Shown here one piece after another: positions 51,022 through 63,350 of a stretch of DNA of 64,000 nt. This DNA is from Malacoraja senta. Taxonomy: Eukaryota. Location of the stretch: assembly GCA_038087875.1 (NCBI GenBank), contig CM075997.1, positions 4,528,001-4,592,000 of the forward strand, written 5' to 3'. The notes below the pieces were generated by a model. The model did no database searches. It had not been told where the DNA came from and saw only the letters and a list, made by a program, of their open reading frames with translations. Both the position numbers and the translations under genes were made by a program. Numbering within the stretch: the first letter of the stretch is position 1; the number at the start of each line of letters is the position of its first letter.

Positions 51022-52239
51022 ATCACTCTATGACTCTAAAGATCAAATGGTATCTGTTTGCACAATCCACATCCCCCATTCCATGCATATCCCTGTGCCT
51101 AAACAAATACCGCCATTGTTAGGTATCGAGCACAGCCACCACCTCTGGCAGCATGGTATAGGCCAGCCACCCTCTTTGTAAAAAACCTGCCCTACACATC
51201 ACCTTTAAACTTTGCCCCTCTCACCTTGACGTTATGTCATCTGGATTTGATTTTTCCATCCTGCAAAAAGATTTATTATTTTCCCGTGCACCGAGGTACA
51301 GTGAAAAGCTTTGTTCTGCATGCACTGTAGCCAGATCAGGTAATACTGGACATAGATACAATCCTGTCAAACTCCAGTACTATAGGTAGAGCAAAGGGGA
51401 AGTACAGAGTGCAGAATATACTTCTCAGCATTGTAGCGCATCAGTTCCACAAGACAAAGTCCAATGTCCGCAATGGGGTAGAGGTGAATCGGACAGTACC
51501 CTGGCTTATGGAAGGACCGTTCAGAAGCCTGGTTACAGAGGGAAGAAGCTGTTCCTGAGTCTGGCGGTGCGCGCTTTCAAGCTTCTGTACCTTCGTGGGG
51601 TGACTGGAGCGGATTCGTGATTAGTACGGGTGTCGGGGTTACGGGGAGAGGCAGGAGAATGGGGTTAGGAGGGAGAGATAGATCAGCCATGGTTGAATGG
51701 CGGAGTAGACTTGATGGGCCGAATGGCCTAATTCTGCTCCTATCACTTATGAACATACTATACTCACATAAAAACAGATTACAGCCGGTGTGCAGCGGTA
51801 GAGTTGCTGCCTCACAGCGCCAGAGACCCGGGTTTGATCCTGACTACGGGTGCTGTCTGTACGGAGTTTGTACGTTCTCCCCATGACCTGCATGGGTTTT
51901 CTCGAGATCATCGGAGTAGACGTGATGGGCTGAATGGCCTGTTTCTGCTCCTATCGCTTATGATGTTACGACCTTATGAGAAATGACCATGGTGGGACAA
52001 GTCTTTGATTAGAATTGGATGCTCTCTGAGGTAGCGTGATGTGTAGATGGATCAGGTGGGGTGGGGGCGGGGGGGAGGTTTGGTCTCTGTGGTAGAACTG
52101 TGCTATATCTTCAACTCTCTGCTATTTTCCCCACACATCTCCCTTAAACTTTGCCTCCTCTCACCTTAAAGCTACGCCCTCTAGTCTTTGACATTTCCAT
52201 CCGGTGGAAAAAAGGTTCTGACTCTCTACTGTCTGACTA

Positions 52240-52820
52240 TCCCGGAAAGGCGGGACTGTCGTATGAATGAATGAATGAATTAATTTAATACTTTATTGGC
52301 CAAATATTCACATACAAGGAATTTTCCTTGGTGCTCTGCCCGCAAGTGACAACATGACATACAGTGAATGTCATACGTTGAGAGAATGGAGCGGCTGGGC
52401 TTGTACACTCTGGAATTTAGAAGGATGAGAGGAATCTTATTGAAACATATAAGATTGTTAGGGGTTTGGACATGCTAGAGGCAGGAAACATGTTCCCGAT
52501 GTTGGGGGAGTCCAGAACCAGGGGCCACAGTTTAAGAATAAGGAGTAAGCCATTTAGAACGGAGACGAGGAAACACTTTTTCTCACAGAGAGTGGTGAGT
52601 CTGTGGAATTCTCTGCCTCAGAGGGCGGTGGAGGCCGGTTTCTTGGATACTTTCAAGAGAGAGCTAGATGGGGCTCTTAAAGATAGCAGAGTCAGGGGAT
52701 ATGGGGAGAAGGCTGGAACGCGGTACTGATTGTGGATGATCAGCCATGATCTCATTGAATGGCGGTACTGGCTCGAAGGGCCGAATGTCCTACTCTGTAC
52801 CTATTGTCTATTGTCTATTG
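52240..52820 (+). mobile_element. CR1 3' fragment, (CTATTGT)n subfamily, with a nested tail at ~52262-52368
   Basis: ORF 52466..52729. Confidence 0.87.
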
Positions 52821-53686
52821 ACTCTGCCAATAGTTTTATGTACTTCTATCAATGGTCTGTATAGGGGCGGCATGGTGGCACAGCGGTAGTGTTGCTGCCT
52901 CCCAGCGCCAGAGACGCAGGTTCAATCCTGACCACGGGAGCTATCCTGTACGGAGTTTGTTTGTACGTTCTCCCCGTGACCGCGTGGGTTTTCTCCGGGT
53001 GCCCCGGTTTCCTCCCACACTCCAAAGACGTGTTATTGTTGGCTTCTGTAAAAAATTGTGAATCGCGAGTGTCGCCTGCCCATTCCTTCCACAGATGCTG
53101 CCTGACCCGCTGGGTTCTTCCAGCACTTTGTGCTTTGTTTAATAAAGTTGTAGTTGCCCGTGGAGTGTTGGTCTGCATCTATGGAGTGAAGTAAGAGTGG
53201 ATTAGGAATGTTAACAGTAGGCACAAGGAACTGCAGATGCTGATTTACAAAACAAGAGACAAAGTGTTGGAGTAACACAGTTGATGAGGCAGCATCTCTG
53301 GAGGACATGGACAGGCAATGTTTCATCCTCAGAGCCCACTTCAATACATTTCAATAGTCATAGAGTGATCCAGCGTGGAAACAGGCCCTTCGGCCCAACT
53401 TGCCCACGCCGACCAACATGTCCCATTATACAAGGTACCACTGCCTGTGTTTGGCCCATATCCTCTAAACCTGTTCCTAACCATGTTACTTCAGACTTAT
53501 TTCACTTCATGACTCACCAACGCTGTATACAGCGAGGAAACTGCCCTTCAGCCCACCGAGTCCCAGCGGACCAACGATCACCCCATACTATCCCACACAA
53601 TTTACAATTTTACCAAAGCTAATTAGCCTACAAACCTGGACGTCTTGGAGTGTGGGAGGAAACCGGAGCTTCCCGGAGAAAACCAC

Positions 53687-54186
53687 GGTAGACAAAAATG
53701 CTGGAGACACTCAGCGGGTGAGGTAGCATCTATGGAGCGAAGGAAGTAGCGATGTTTCAGGCCGAAACCCTTCTTCAGACTGATGTGAGGGTGGGAGGGG
53801 CGGAAGAAGAAAGGAAGAGGTGGAGCCAGTGGGCTGAGGGAGAGCTGAGAAGGGAGGAGAAAGTAAGGACTACCTGAAATGGAGAAGTCAATGTCCATAC
53901 CCCTGGGTGTAAACTGCCCAAGCGAAATATGAGGTGCTGATCCTCCAATTTACAGTGGTCCTCACTCTGGCCATGGAGGAGGCCCAGGACAGAAAGGTGG
54001 GATTTGGAATGGGAGGGGAGTTGAAGTGCTGAGCCACCAGGAGATCAGGTTGGTTATTGCGAACCGAGCGGAGGTGTTGGGCGAAACGATCGCCAAGCCT
54101 ACGCTTGGTCTCACCGATGTAGAGCAGCTGACATCTAGAGCAGCGGATGCAATAGATGAGGTTGGAGGAGGTGCAGGTGAACCTCT
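53687..54186 (-). mobile_element. Penelope-like GIY-YIG fragment plus 3' end, inserted in a SINE
   Basis: Reverse complement of a 15380-15900-like sequence; SINE halves at 53525-53686 and 54195-54315. Confidence 0.88.
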
Positions 54187-54662
54187 GAGGCGCATAGAAA
54201 ACCCACGCAGGTCACGGGGAGAACGTGCAAACTCTGTACAGACAGCACCCGTGGTCAGGATGGAACCTGTGACCCTGGCGCTGTGAAGGCAGCAACTCTA
54301 CCGCTGCGCCACCGTCGAACTTGGCCACCTGCCGTGACTTTTGAGGGGCTCGGCTACCATTTCCATACGATTATTGCAAAGGCTTGATTGAGGAAGGAGT
54401 CTCGCTTCCGATATAGACGGGAATAAAACGGCACAGAACATCGTGCATGTTTATTTTCACCAGCTCATTAACTTCGCAAGTCAAGTCTCAAAATATAAGC
54501 GCGGCTGCTACTGTGACTGTCGAAGGTGGAGAGAGTTTAATTATCCTATCGAGTCAGGACACACTTCACGCCCGCAGACCATCCGTTTATTCGGCCCCAC
54601 AAGTCCTTAGAAACTAATTAAATTCATTATTTAAAATTTAAAAACAAATGGGCAAGACAACA

Positions 54663-55388
54663 TGGCAGCACGGGGCGCAGCGGTAGAGTTGCTGCCTCAC
54701 AGCGCCGGACACGTGGGTTCAATCCTAACTACGGGTGCTGTCTGTACGGAGTTTATACTGTACAGTCTCCCCATGACCTGCGTTAGTTATCCCCGGATGC
54801 TCCGGTTTCCTTCCACATTCTTTTTTTTTTTTAATCTTTTTATTGGAGATAAGTACACAACATATTATCATCATTACCAGTCTTACCTTTTTAAATTGAT
54901 AATATTGTCAATTATTATACATGTCTCCAATACCTTTTGCCTTTTTTTGTTTTTTTTAAACTAGATAGAACTAAAAAGATAGATGAAGTAAAGAAAGAAA
55001 AGAGAGACAAAGAAAAAAAAAAAATAAAAAAAATAAAAAAATAAACAAAAAAAACAAAACAAAAAGAAAACAGAAAGAAAAAGATAGTATAAGAAAGAAT
55101 GGAAAAATTTATTAATATAAAAAACTTTGTTTGAGATATATTCGTACATTTCAGAGTATAACATTTCATCCATTCTTTAGCCCGAGTGTTAGTCCAGGTT
55201 CTAAAGACGTACAGGTTTTAGGTTAATTGGGTTGATATAATTGTAAAATCGTCCCCACAGTGTGTAGATAGTAAATCGTCCCCACTGTGTGTAGATAGCG
55301 TTAATGTACGGGGATCGGTGGTCGGCGTGGACCCGGTGGGCCGAAGGGCCTGTTTCCGCGCTGTATCTCTAAACTAAACTAAACTAAA
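54663..55388 (+). mobile_element. HE1-like SINE split by a minus-strand L1-like 3' UTR (~54821-55198)
   Basis: SINE reads ttccacattc|poly-T...|taaagacgtacagg; the insert has poly(A) and AATAAA on the minus strand. Confidence 0.75.
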
Positions 55389-56834
55389 GATTTCTCTTGG
55401 TGCAGCATGACTTTAATCCTACTTTAAACTTGAGACTTTTGAGATAGAGCGCGGAAACAGGCCCCTCGACCCACCGAGTCTGCACCGACCAGCGATCCGT
55501 GTACACTAACACTATCCGATACACTTGGAACAATTTACATCTTGTTTACAGTGTACTATGTTGACATATTCTGTTGTGCTGCAGCAAGTAAGGATTTCAT
55601 TCTTCTATCTGGGACATATGACAATAAAACACTCTTGACTCTTGTCCTGTAAGTCTTTGGAGTGTGGGAGGAAACTGAAGCACCTGCAAGGTTCATAAAA
55701 TTCATGAGTTTTAGGAGCAGAATTAGAACATTCAGCCCATCAAGTCTACTTCACCATTCAATCATCGATGATCTATTGTTCCCTCTCAACACTATTCTCC
55801 GGCCTTCTTCCTGTTCGTTTAACAAATATTACACGTGCAGGCAGCGCCATGTTTTTACGCCATGTTTGGCTGCCATTTTCCATAACCTCTGACATCCTTA
55901 CTAATCAAGAATCTGTCAATCTCACAGGGAGAAGGTGCAAACTCCACACAGACAGCAGCCGAGATCAGGTTCGAACCCTGGTCTCTGGCGCTGTGAGGCA
56001 GCTGCTCTACCCGCTGCGCCACTGTGCCACTGTGCAGATGTTTGCGTTTGGGGTCAGTGTTAATAGACCAGCAAAGGAACAGGTTAGATTGTAAATTGCC
56101 ACTAGTGTGTGTAGGATGGTGCTGGTGAATGGGAATCGCAGGTTGGCGCAGGTGGGCCGAAGGGCCTGTTTCCTCACTGTATCTCTAAACTAAACTAACC
56201 AAACTAAAATAGGAACAGACCTTTCAGCCCACATTGTTGTGTCGAACAAGGTAAACAAATCTCTGCCTGAATATCATCCATCATTAGGGGAAAGATTTAA
56301 TAGGAACCTGAGGGGTAACGTTTTCACACTAAGTATGGCATGAGCTGCCAGAGGAGGTAGTTGAGGCACGGACTATCCCAACGTTTATGAGAGGGGATCT
56401 TATAGAAACATATAAAATTCTTAAGGGATTGGACAGGCTAGATGCATGAAAAATGTTCCCGATGTTGGGGGAGTCCAGAACCAGGGGATCACAGTTTACG
56501 TTTAAGGGGGAGGCAATTTAGGACTCAGATGAGGAAAAACCTTTTCACCCAGAGAGTTGTGAATCTGTGGAATTCTCTGCAACAGAAGGCAGTGGAGGCC
56601 AATTCACTGGATGTTTTCAAGAGAGAGTTCGATTTAGCTCTTAGGGCTAACGCAATCAAGGGGTATGGGGAGAAAGCAGGAACGGGGTACTGATTCTGGA
56701 TGATCAGCCATGATCATATTGAATGGCCGAAAGGCCTACTCTTGGCTTGAAGGGCCAAATGGCCTACTCCTGCACCTATTTTCTATGTTTCTATATTTAA
56801 GAGACAGTTAGACAGGTACAAGGATAGGACAGGT

Positions 56835-57075
56835 ACACAAAAATGCTGGAGAAACTCAGCGGGTGCAGCAGCATCTATGGAGCGAAGGAAATAGGCAACG
56901 TTTCGGCCCGAAACCCTGAAGGAAATAGGCAACGTTTCGGGACGAAACCCTTCCGGGTTTCGGCCCGAAACGTTGCCTATTTCCTTCGCTCCATAGATGC
57001 TGCTGCACCCGCTGAGTTTCTCCAGCATTTTTGTGTACCTTCGATTTTTCCAGCATCTGCAGTTCCTTCTTTAAC
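56835..57075. mobile_element. Fold-back Penelope-end unit with ~17-bp TSD
   Basis: Near-perfect inverted arms; aca(a/t)ggataggacaggt at 56818-56834 and 57076-57092. Confidence 0.88.
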
Positions 57076-57599
57076 ACATGGATAGGACAGGTTTGGAGGG
57101 ATATGGTCCAAACGTGAGCAGGTGGGACTAGTGTAGCCGGGGGACATGTTGGCCGGTGTGGGCAAGTTGGGGCCGAAGGGCCTGTTTCCACGCTGTATCA
57201 CTCTACGACTCGATCTCCCTCCACTCCCTGCATGGGCCTGAGGGGATTGCTTTGCAGTGAGCTAGCATGGACTCGAGGGGGTGAACAGCCTCCTGTATCT
57301 ATGCATGTGTTGGTGTTTTTTATTTCAGGTGGGGAAGAGCGAACCGGCTATCAGTGACTATCAATGTCACCTCGACCCCACTGCGGACATTGGACTTTGT
57401 CTCTGGAACTGATGCGCTACAATGCTGAGAACTATATTCCGCACTCTGTACCTTCCCCATTGCTCTACCTGTTGTGCTTGAGTTCGACATGATTGTATCG
57501 ATGTATAGTATTGTATGATCTGTATGGATATAACATGCAAAACAAAGCTTTTCATTGTACCTGAGCCTACATGATAACAATAAACCATTAGCTAAAGGC

Positions 57600-57880
57600 G
57601 TAGGAAGGAAGGGCAGATGCTGGTTTAAACCGTGGACAGATACAAAAGGCAGGAGTAATTCAGAGTAACTCAGCGGGTCAGGCAGCATCTCTGGAGTAAA
57701 GGAATAGGTGACGTTTCGGGTCGAGACCCTTCTTCAGTCTGACCCGCTGAATTTCGGGTCTCGACCCGAAACGTCACCTATTCCTGTTCTCCATAGATGC
57801 TGCCTGACCCGCGGAGTTACTCCAGCTTTTTAGGTCTATCTTTGGTGTATTTTTTATCGGCATCTGGAGTTCCTTCCTGC
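57600..57880. mobile_element. Fold-back pair of Penelope-end units
   Basis: Inverted arms centred near 57745. Confidence 0.8.
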
Positions 57881-58124
57881 CCATTTTGGCTTGATTACAT
57901 TCATGTATAGTATTACCTGGTCTTGATTAGAGAGCGTTCAAACTGAGTTACTCCAGCTTCTTGTGTCTATCTTCAGCTTTTCTCTGGATCTCGGTAGATG
58001 TGACGATATTAAACCAAATACCTAAACCTAGGACATGGCCAATTTTCCCCTCGGTACCTTTCACTAAGATCCAAACTGACCTTTGAACTCAGCTCCGCTC
58101 TCCTGTCTTAACTTGGTATCGTTT

Positions 58125-58973
58125 GACAATAGACAATAGACAATAGGTGCAGGAGTAGGCCATTTGGCCCTTCGAGCCAGCACCGCCATTCAATGTGATC
58201 ATGGCTGATCATCCCCAATCAGTACCCCGTTCCTGCCTTCTCCCCATATCCCCTGACTCCGCTATCTTTAAGAGCCCTATCTAGCTCTCTCTTGAAAGCA
58301 TCCAGAGAACCGGCCTCCACCACCCTCTGAGGCAGAGAATTCCACAGACTCACCACTCTTTGTGAGAAAAGTGTTTCATCGTCTCCGTTCTAAATGGCTC
58401 ACTCCTTATTCTTAAACTGTGGCCCCTGGTTCTGGACTCCCCCAACATAGGGAACATGTTTCCTGCCTCTAGCGTGTCCAAGCCCTTAACAATCTTATAT
58501 GTTTCAATGAGATTCCCCCTCATCCTTCTAAACTCCAGAGTGTTCAAGCCCAGCTGCTCCATTCTCTCAGCATATGACAGTCCCGCCATCCCGGGAATTA
58601 ACCTTGTAAACCTACGCTGATTTCTTTTAACATCTAAAAATCTCTTTGTTGAGTGTACTGAGTGCATGAGGACAAATGCTCATGCCCCTCTTAGTTTAGT
58701 TTAGAGATACAGCGCGGAAACAGGCCCTTCGGCCCACCGAGTCCACACCGACCAGCGATCCCCACACACTGACACTACCCTACACACACTAGGGACACTT
58801 TTACATTCACCAAACCAATTAACCTACAAACCTGCACGTCTTTGGAAACGGAGAAAGCCCACGCGGGTCACGGGGAGAACGTGCAAACTCCGTACAGACA
58901 GCACCCATGGTCAGGATCGAACCTGGGACCCTGGCGCTGTGAGGCAGCAACTCCACCCCTGCGCCACCGTGCC
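58125..58973 (-). mobile_element. CR1 3' fragment (58125-58618) and HE1-like SINE (58690-58973)
   Basis: ORF 58350..58667; SINE consensus match. Confidence 0.88.
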
Positions 58974-59366
58974 ACCCAAATGCTTGCATTGAGGTTTCAA
59001 AAAATTCACCAACCTCTGGGAGGAGAATGTTTTTTTTAATTTGAACTTGTTTTGCAAAGTCGATGGGGGAATAATTTGGGGTCAACATTGAACAGTACAG
59101 CACAGGAACAGGCCCTTCAGCCCACAAGGTCTGTGCCGAACATGATGCCAAGTTAAACTGCTCTCACCTGCCTGATCCATATCCCTCTATTCCCTGTATG
59201 TCTATGTATCTGGAAGACTCTTGTACACCACTGGAGTATCTGCCTCCACCACCACCCCCCCCCTGGCCCCCACCACCCTCTGTGTAGACATGCTAGCCCC
59301 GCACATCTCCTTTAATCTTTCCCCCTCTTATCTTATACTGTTGGACATCTTACATAGACATAGACA

Positions 59367-60060
59367 TGAACAGAGGGATCTAGGAATAACTGTGCACAGT
59401 TCCCTGAAGGTGGAATCTCATGTAGATAGGGTGGTAAAGAAAGCATTTGGTGTGCTGGCCTTTATAAATCAGAGCATTGAGTATAGAAGTTGGGATGTAA
59501 TGTTAAAATTGTACAAGGCATTGGTGAGGCCAATTCTGGAGTATGGTGTACAATTTTGGTCGCCTAATTATAGGAAGGATGTCAACAAAATAGAGAGAGT
59601 ACAGAGGAGATTTACTAGAATGTTGCCTGGGTTTCAGCAACTAAGTTACAGAGAAAGGTTGAACAAGTTAGGTCTTTATTCTTTGGAGCGCAGAAGGTTA
59701 AGGGGGGACTTGATAGAGGTCTTTAAAATGATGAGAGGGATAGACAGAGTTGACGTGGATAAGCTTTTCCCACTGAGAGTAGGGAAGATTCAAACAAGGG
59801 AACATGACTTGAGAATTAAGGGACAGAAGTTTAGGGGTAACATGAGGGGGAACTTCTTTACTCAGAGAGTGGTGGCTGTGTGGAATGAGCTTCCAGTGAA
59901 GGTGGTGGAGGCTGGTTCGTTTTTATCATTTAAAAATAAATTGGATAGTTATATGGACGGGAAAGGAATGGAGGGTTATGGTGTGAGCGCAGGTATATGG
60001 GACTAGGGGAGAATACGTGTTCGGCACGGACTAGAAGGGTCGAGATGGCCTGTTTCCGTA
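59367..60060 (+). mobile_element. CR1 ORF2 C-terminal fragment, open frame
   Basis: EQRDLGITVHSSLKVESHVDRVVKKA...LYKALVRPILEYGVQFWSP...RVVAVWNELP in ORF 59221..60006. Confidence 0.92.
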
Positions 60061-61009
60061 ACAAAAAAAAACAAACAAAAAAAATAGACATAGAAAATAG
60101 GTGCAGGAGTAGGCCATTCGGCCCTTCGAGCCTGCACCGCCATTCAATATGATCATGGCTGATCATCCAACTCAGTATCCTGTACCTGCCTTCTCTCCAT
60201 ACCCCCTGTTCCCTTTAGCAACAAGGGCCACATCTAACTCCTCTTAAATATAGCAACTCCCTCTTAAATATAGCAATCTTCACCCAAGGATCAAGGTTTC
60301 ACTTGGACTCCAAGGTCCCTCTGCACATCAGTGGTATTAAGGGCCTTACCATGAACTGGAGGTGACCAGAATTCTATTATTTTCCAGGTAGATATTTTTC
60401 CCTGGAAAAAAAGATGGATTTGGTTCGGAAGTCAAAATCTTAAATTGGAGGAAGGGTCATTTTGAACCGGTCAGTCAGGAACTTACAACGGTTGATCTGG
60501 AGAGATTGCATGCAAGGGCAACAGCGCAGCGGTAGAGATGCTGCCTCACAGCGCCAGAGACCCGGGTTCGATCCCGACTACGGGTGCCGTCTGTACGGAG
60601 TTTGTACGTTCTCCCCGTGACCTGCGTGGGTTTTCTCCGAGATCTTTGGATTTCCCCCCACACTCCAAAAGACGTACAGTTTGTAGGTTAATTGGCTTGG
60701 TGTGATTGTAAAATAGTTTCTAGTGTGTGGAGGGTGGTGTTAATGTTTGGGATCGCTGGTCGGTGCGGACTCGAAGGGCCTGTTGTCCTCCCTGGATCCC
60801 TAAAGTAATGGGATGTGTCGGAAATAACTGCAGATGCTGGTTTAAATCGAGGATAGACACAAAATGCTGGAGTAACTCAGCGGGAAAGGCAGCATCTCTG
60901 GAGAGCAGGAATGGGTGACGTTTCGGGTTGAGACCCTTCTGCCTCCCATTCCTTCTCTCCTGTGATGCTGCCTGTCCCGTTGAGTTACTCCAGCATTTGT
61001 GTCTCTCTG

Positions 61010-61410
61010 AAGTAAAGGGTGTCTGGCAATGGGGAGGCTTTCAAAAGCATGCGAGCAAGAATTCAGGGAAGCATGTTCCTGTTAGTGTGAAGGCAGGGCT
61101 GGCAGGATTAGAGAACCTTGGCTGATGGAGGATATTAAGCTTCTGCTCTGGAAAGATGAGGGGAAATATATTTCAAGTACAGGCAGCTGAGATGGAATAT
61201 ATCCCTTGAGGAATATCAGGGATGTGAGAGTGTATTTAAGAATGAAACCGGGAGGGCCAACTAGGCCCCTTCAGCAGATGAGATAAAGAAGCATCCTAAA
61301 AGGTTCTATATTAAGTGTATAAAGGTAGCAAGTAGGGTTGTCTTAACATTCAGTGTGTGTGATCTACAGTGTGGAAATAAAGAAGACAGGTGAGGTCTTA
61401 AAACAATGCT
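61010..61410 (+). mobile_element. Old, degenerate CR1 ORF2 linker-region fragment
   Basis: HVPVSVK..GRIREPWLMEDI...SLEEYQGC...ADEIKKHPKRFY across frames. Confidence 0.55.
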
Positions 61411-61669
61411 TCTTACTGAGAAGTGTCTCGATCCAAAACGTCACCCATTCCTTCTCTCCAGAGATGCTGCCTGTCCCGCTGAGTTACTCCAGCATTTTGT
61501 ATCCTACTTCTTGTCTGTATTTACTATGGGGAAGGGCACTAGAGGGTAATTTACAGAGAGGGCCAATTAAGCTGCAAACCCGGGGGGGAAGTCACGCGGG
61601 TCACAGGGAGAACGTGCAAACTCCACACAGACAGGCCCGGGTCTCTGGTGGTGTGAGGCAGCGGCCCAC

Positions 61670-62152
61670 TACAAGGTTAATTCCCGGGATGGCGGGACTG
61701 TCATATGCTGAGAGAATGGAGCGGCTGGGCTTGTACACTCTGGAGTTTAGAAGGATGAGAGGGTATCTCATCGAAACATATAAGATTGTTAAGGGCTTGG
61801 ACACGCTAGAGGTAGGAAACATGTTCCCGATGTTGGGGGGAGTCCAGAACCAGGGGCCACAGTTTAAGAATAAGGGGTAAGCCATTTAGAACGGAGACGT
61901 GGAAACACTTTTTCTCACAGAGAGTGGTGAGTCTGTGGAATTCTCTGCCTCAGAGGGCGGTGGAGGCAGGTTCTCTGGATACTTTCAAGAGAGAGCTAGA
62001 TAGGGCTCTTAAAAATAGTGGAGTCAGGGGATATGGGGAGAAGGCAGGAACGGGGTACTGATTGGGGATGATCAGCCATGATCACATCGAATGGCGGTGC
62101 TGGCTCGAAGGGCTGAATGGCCTACTCCTGCACCTATTGTCTATTGTCTATT
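61670..62152 (+). mobile_element. CR1 3' fragment, (CTATTGT)n subfamily
   Basis: [28 protein letters not shown]. Confidence 0.9.
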
Positions 62153-62297
62153 GGCTCTACCCGCTGCACCACCATGCCGCCTGGTTCACTGTTGTTGAAC
62201 AACGATGTCTCAATGTCTCAGGGTTCAGAGGTGAATTTGAGCAAGGGCCGTCCCAACCTGGTGAAAGTTGCCATTGATGCAAAGCCTGTTTCATGCT

Positions 62298-62337
<40 letters not shown>

Positions 62338-62412
62338 TCTCTCTCCTCTCTCTCCCCCCCTCCCCCTCTCTCCCTCTCTCCCTCCCCCTCTCCCACACTC
62401 TCCATCTCTCTC
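62298..62412. repeat. (CT)n-rich microsatellite
   Basis: Direct. Confidence 0.95.
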
Positions 62413-62614
62413 TGTAATGTTATATTTCCCGGTGACTATTCTTCCCCCCACATCTCTCTGCTTTCATTCTCCGTGGCTTTAAAGGGTGACTAGCTGATGT
62501 TGCGGTGACGCTGGCCCTTTGGCCCATGTTGCCGGTGTGATACAGTCCACGGTGGGTTGCCAACATTCAGTTCTGGCAGTGTGGCCCCCTGGTTGTGTGT
62601 CTCCAGTGGCTGGG

Positions 62615-63130
62615 ACATCTGTGGGCAATGGGCTCCTGGTCCACCTGGCCCTTGGTTCCGATGTGGATGATGGGCTCTTCATCCAGATATGGATACAAGG
62701 CTCTTGGTCCAGATGTGAGCCATGGCCCCTTGGTCCAGATGCTGGTAGCGATTCGGTCCAGTTGCGCGTAAAGGCTCTTGGTCCAGATGTGGGTAATGGT
62801 TCCTTGGTCCAGATGTTGATAATGGGCCCTTGGTCCAGATGTGGATAAGGACCCTTGATCCAGATGTGGATATGGGCCCTTGGTCCCGATGTGGATAAAG
62901 GCTGAGTCCAGTTGTGCGTAAAGTCTCTCAGCTCAGATGTTGATAACAGGTGCTTGGTCCAGATGTTGATAACAGGTGCTTGGTCCAGATGGAGTAAGGG
63001 CTCAGTCCAGATGTGTGTACAAGCTCATGGTTCAGATATGAGTAAAGGTTCTTGGGACATATGTGGGTAACAGGCTCTTGGCCCAGATGTGTTGTGTCTA
63101 AGCTCTCTCCAGATGTGGAATACAGGCTCT
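62615..63130. repeat. Diverged ~24-26-bp minisatellite (core CTTGGTCCAGATGTGGATAA)
   Basis: Roughly 20 imperfect units running up to the gap. Confidence 0.85.
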
Positions 63131-63150
63131 TAGCCCTGGTGCGGCTCTAG

Positions 63151-63350
63151 NNNNNNNNNNNNNNNNNNNNNNNNNNNNNNNNNNNNNNNNNNNNNNNNNN
63201 NNNNNNNNNNNNNNNNNNNNNNNNNNNNNNNNNNNNNNNNNNNNNNNNNNNNNNNNNNNNNNNNNNNNNNNNNNNNNNNNNNNNNNNNNNNNNNNNNNNN
63301 NNNNNNNNNNNNNNNNNNNNNNNNNNNNNNNNNNNNNNNNNNNNNNNNNN
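63151..63350. other. Assembly gap (200 N)
   Basis: Run of N. Confidence 1.

Noticed and set aside
62519..62848. 109-aa ORF with GP repeats
   Set aside because: Derived from a minisatellite with variable unit length; the frame closes within the array.
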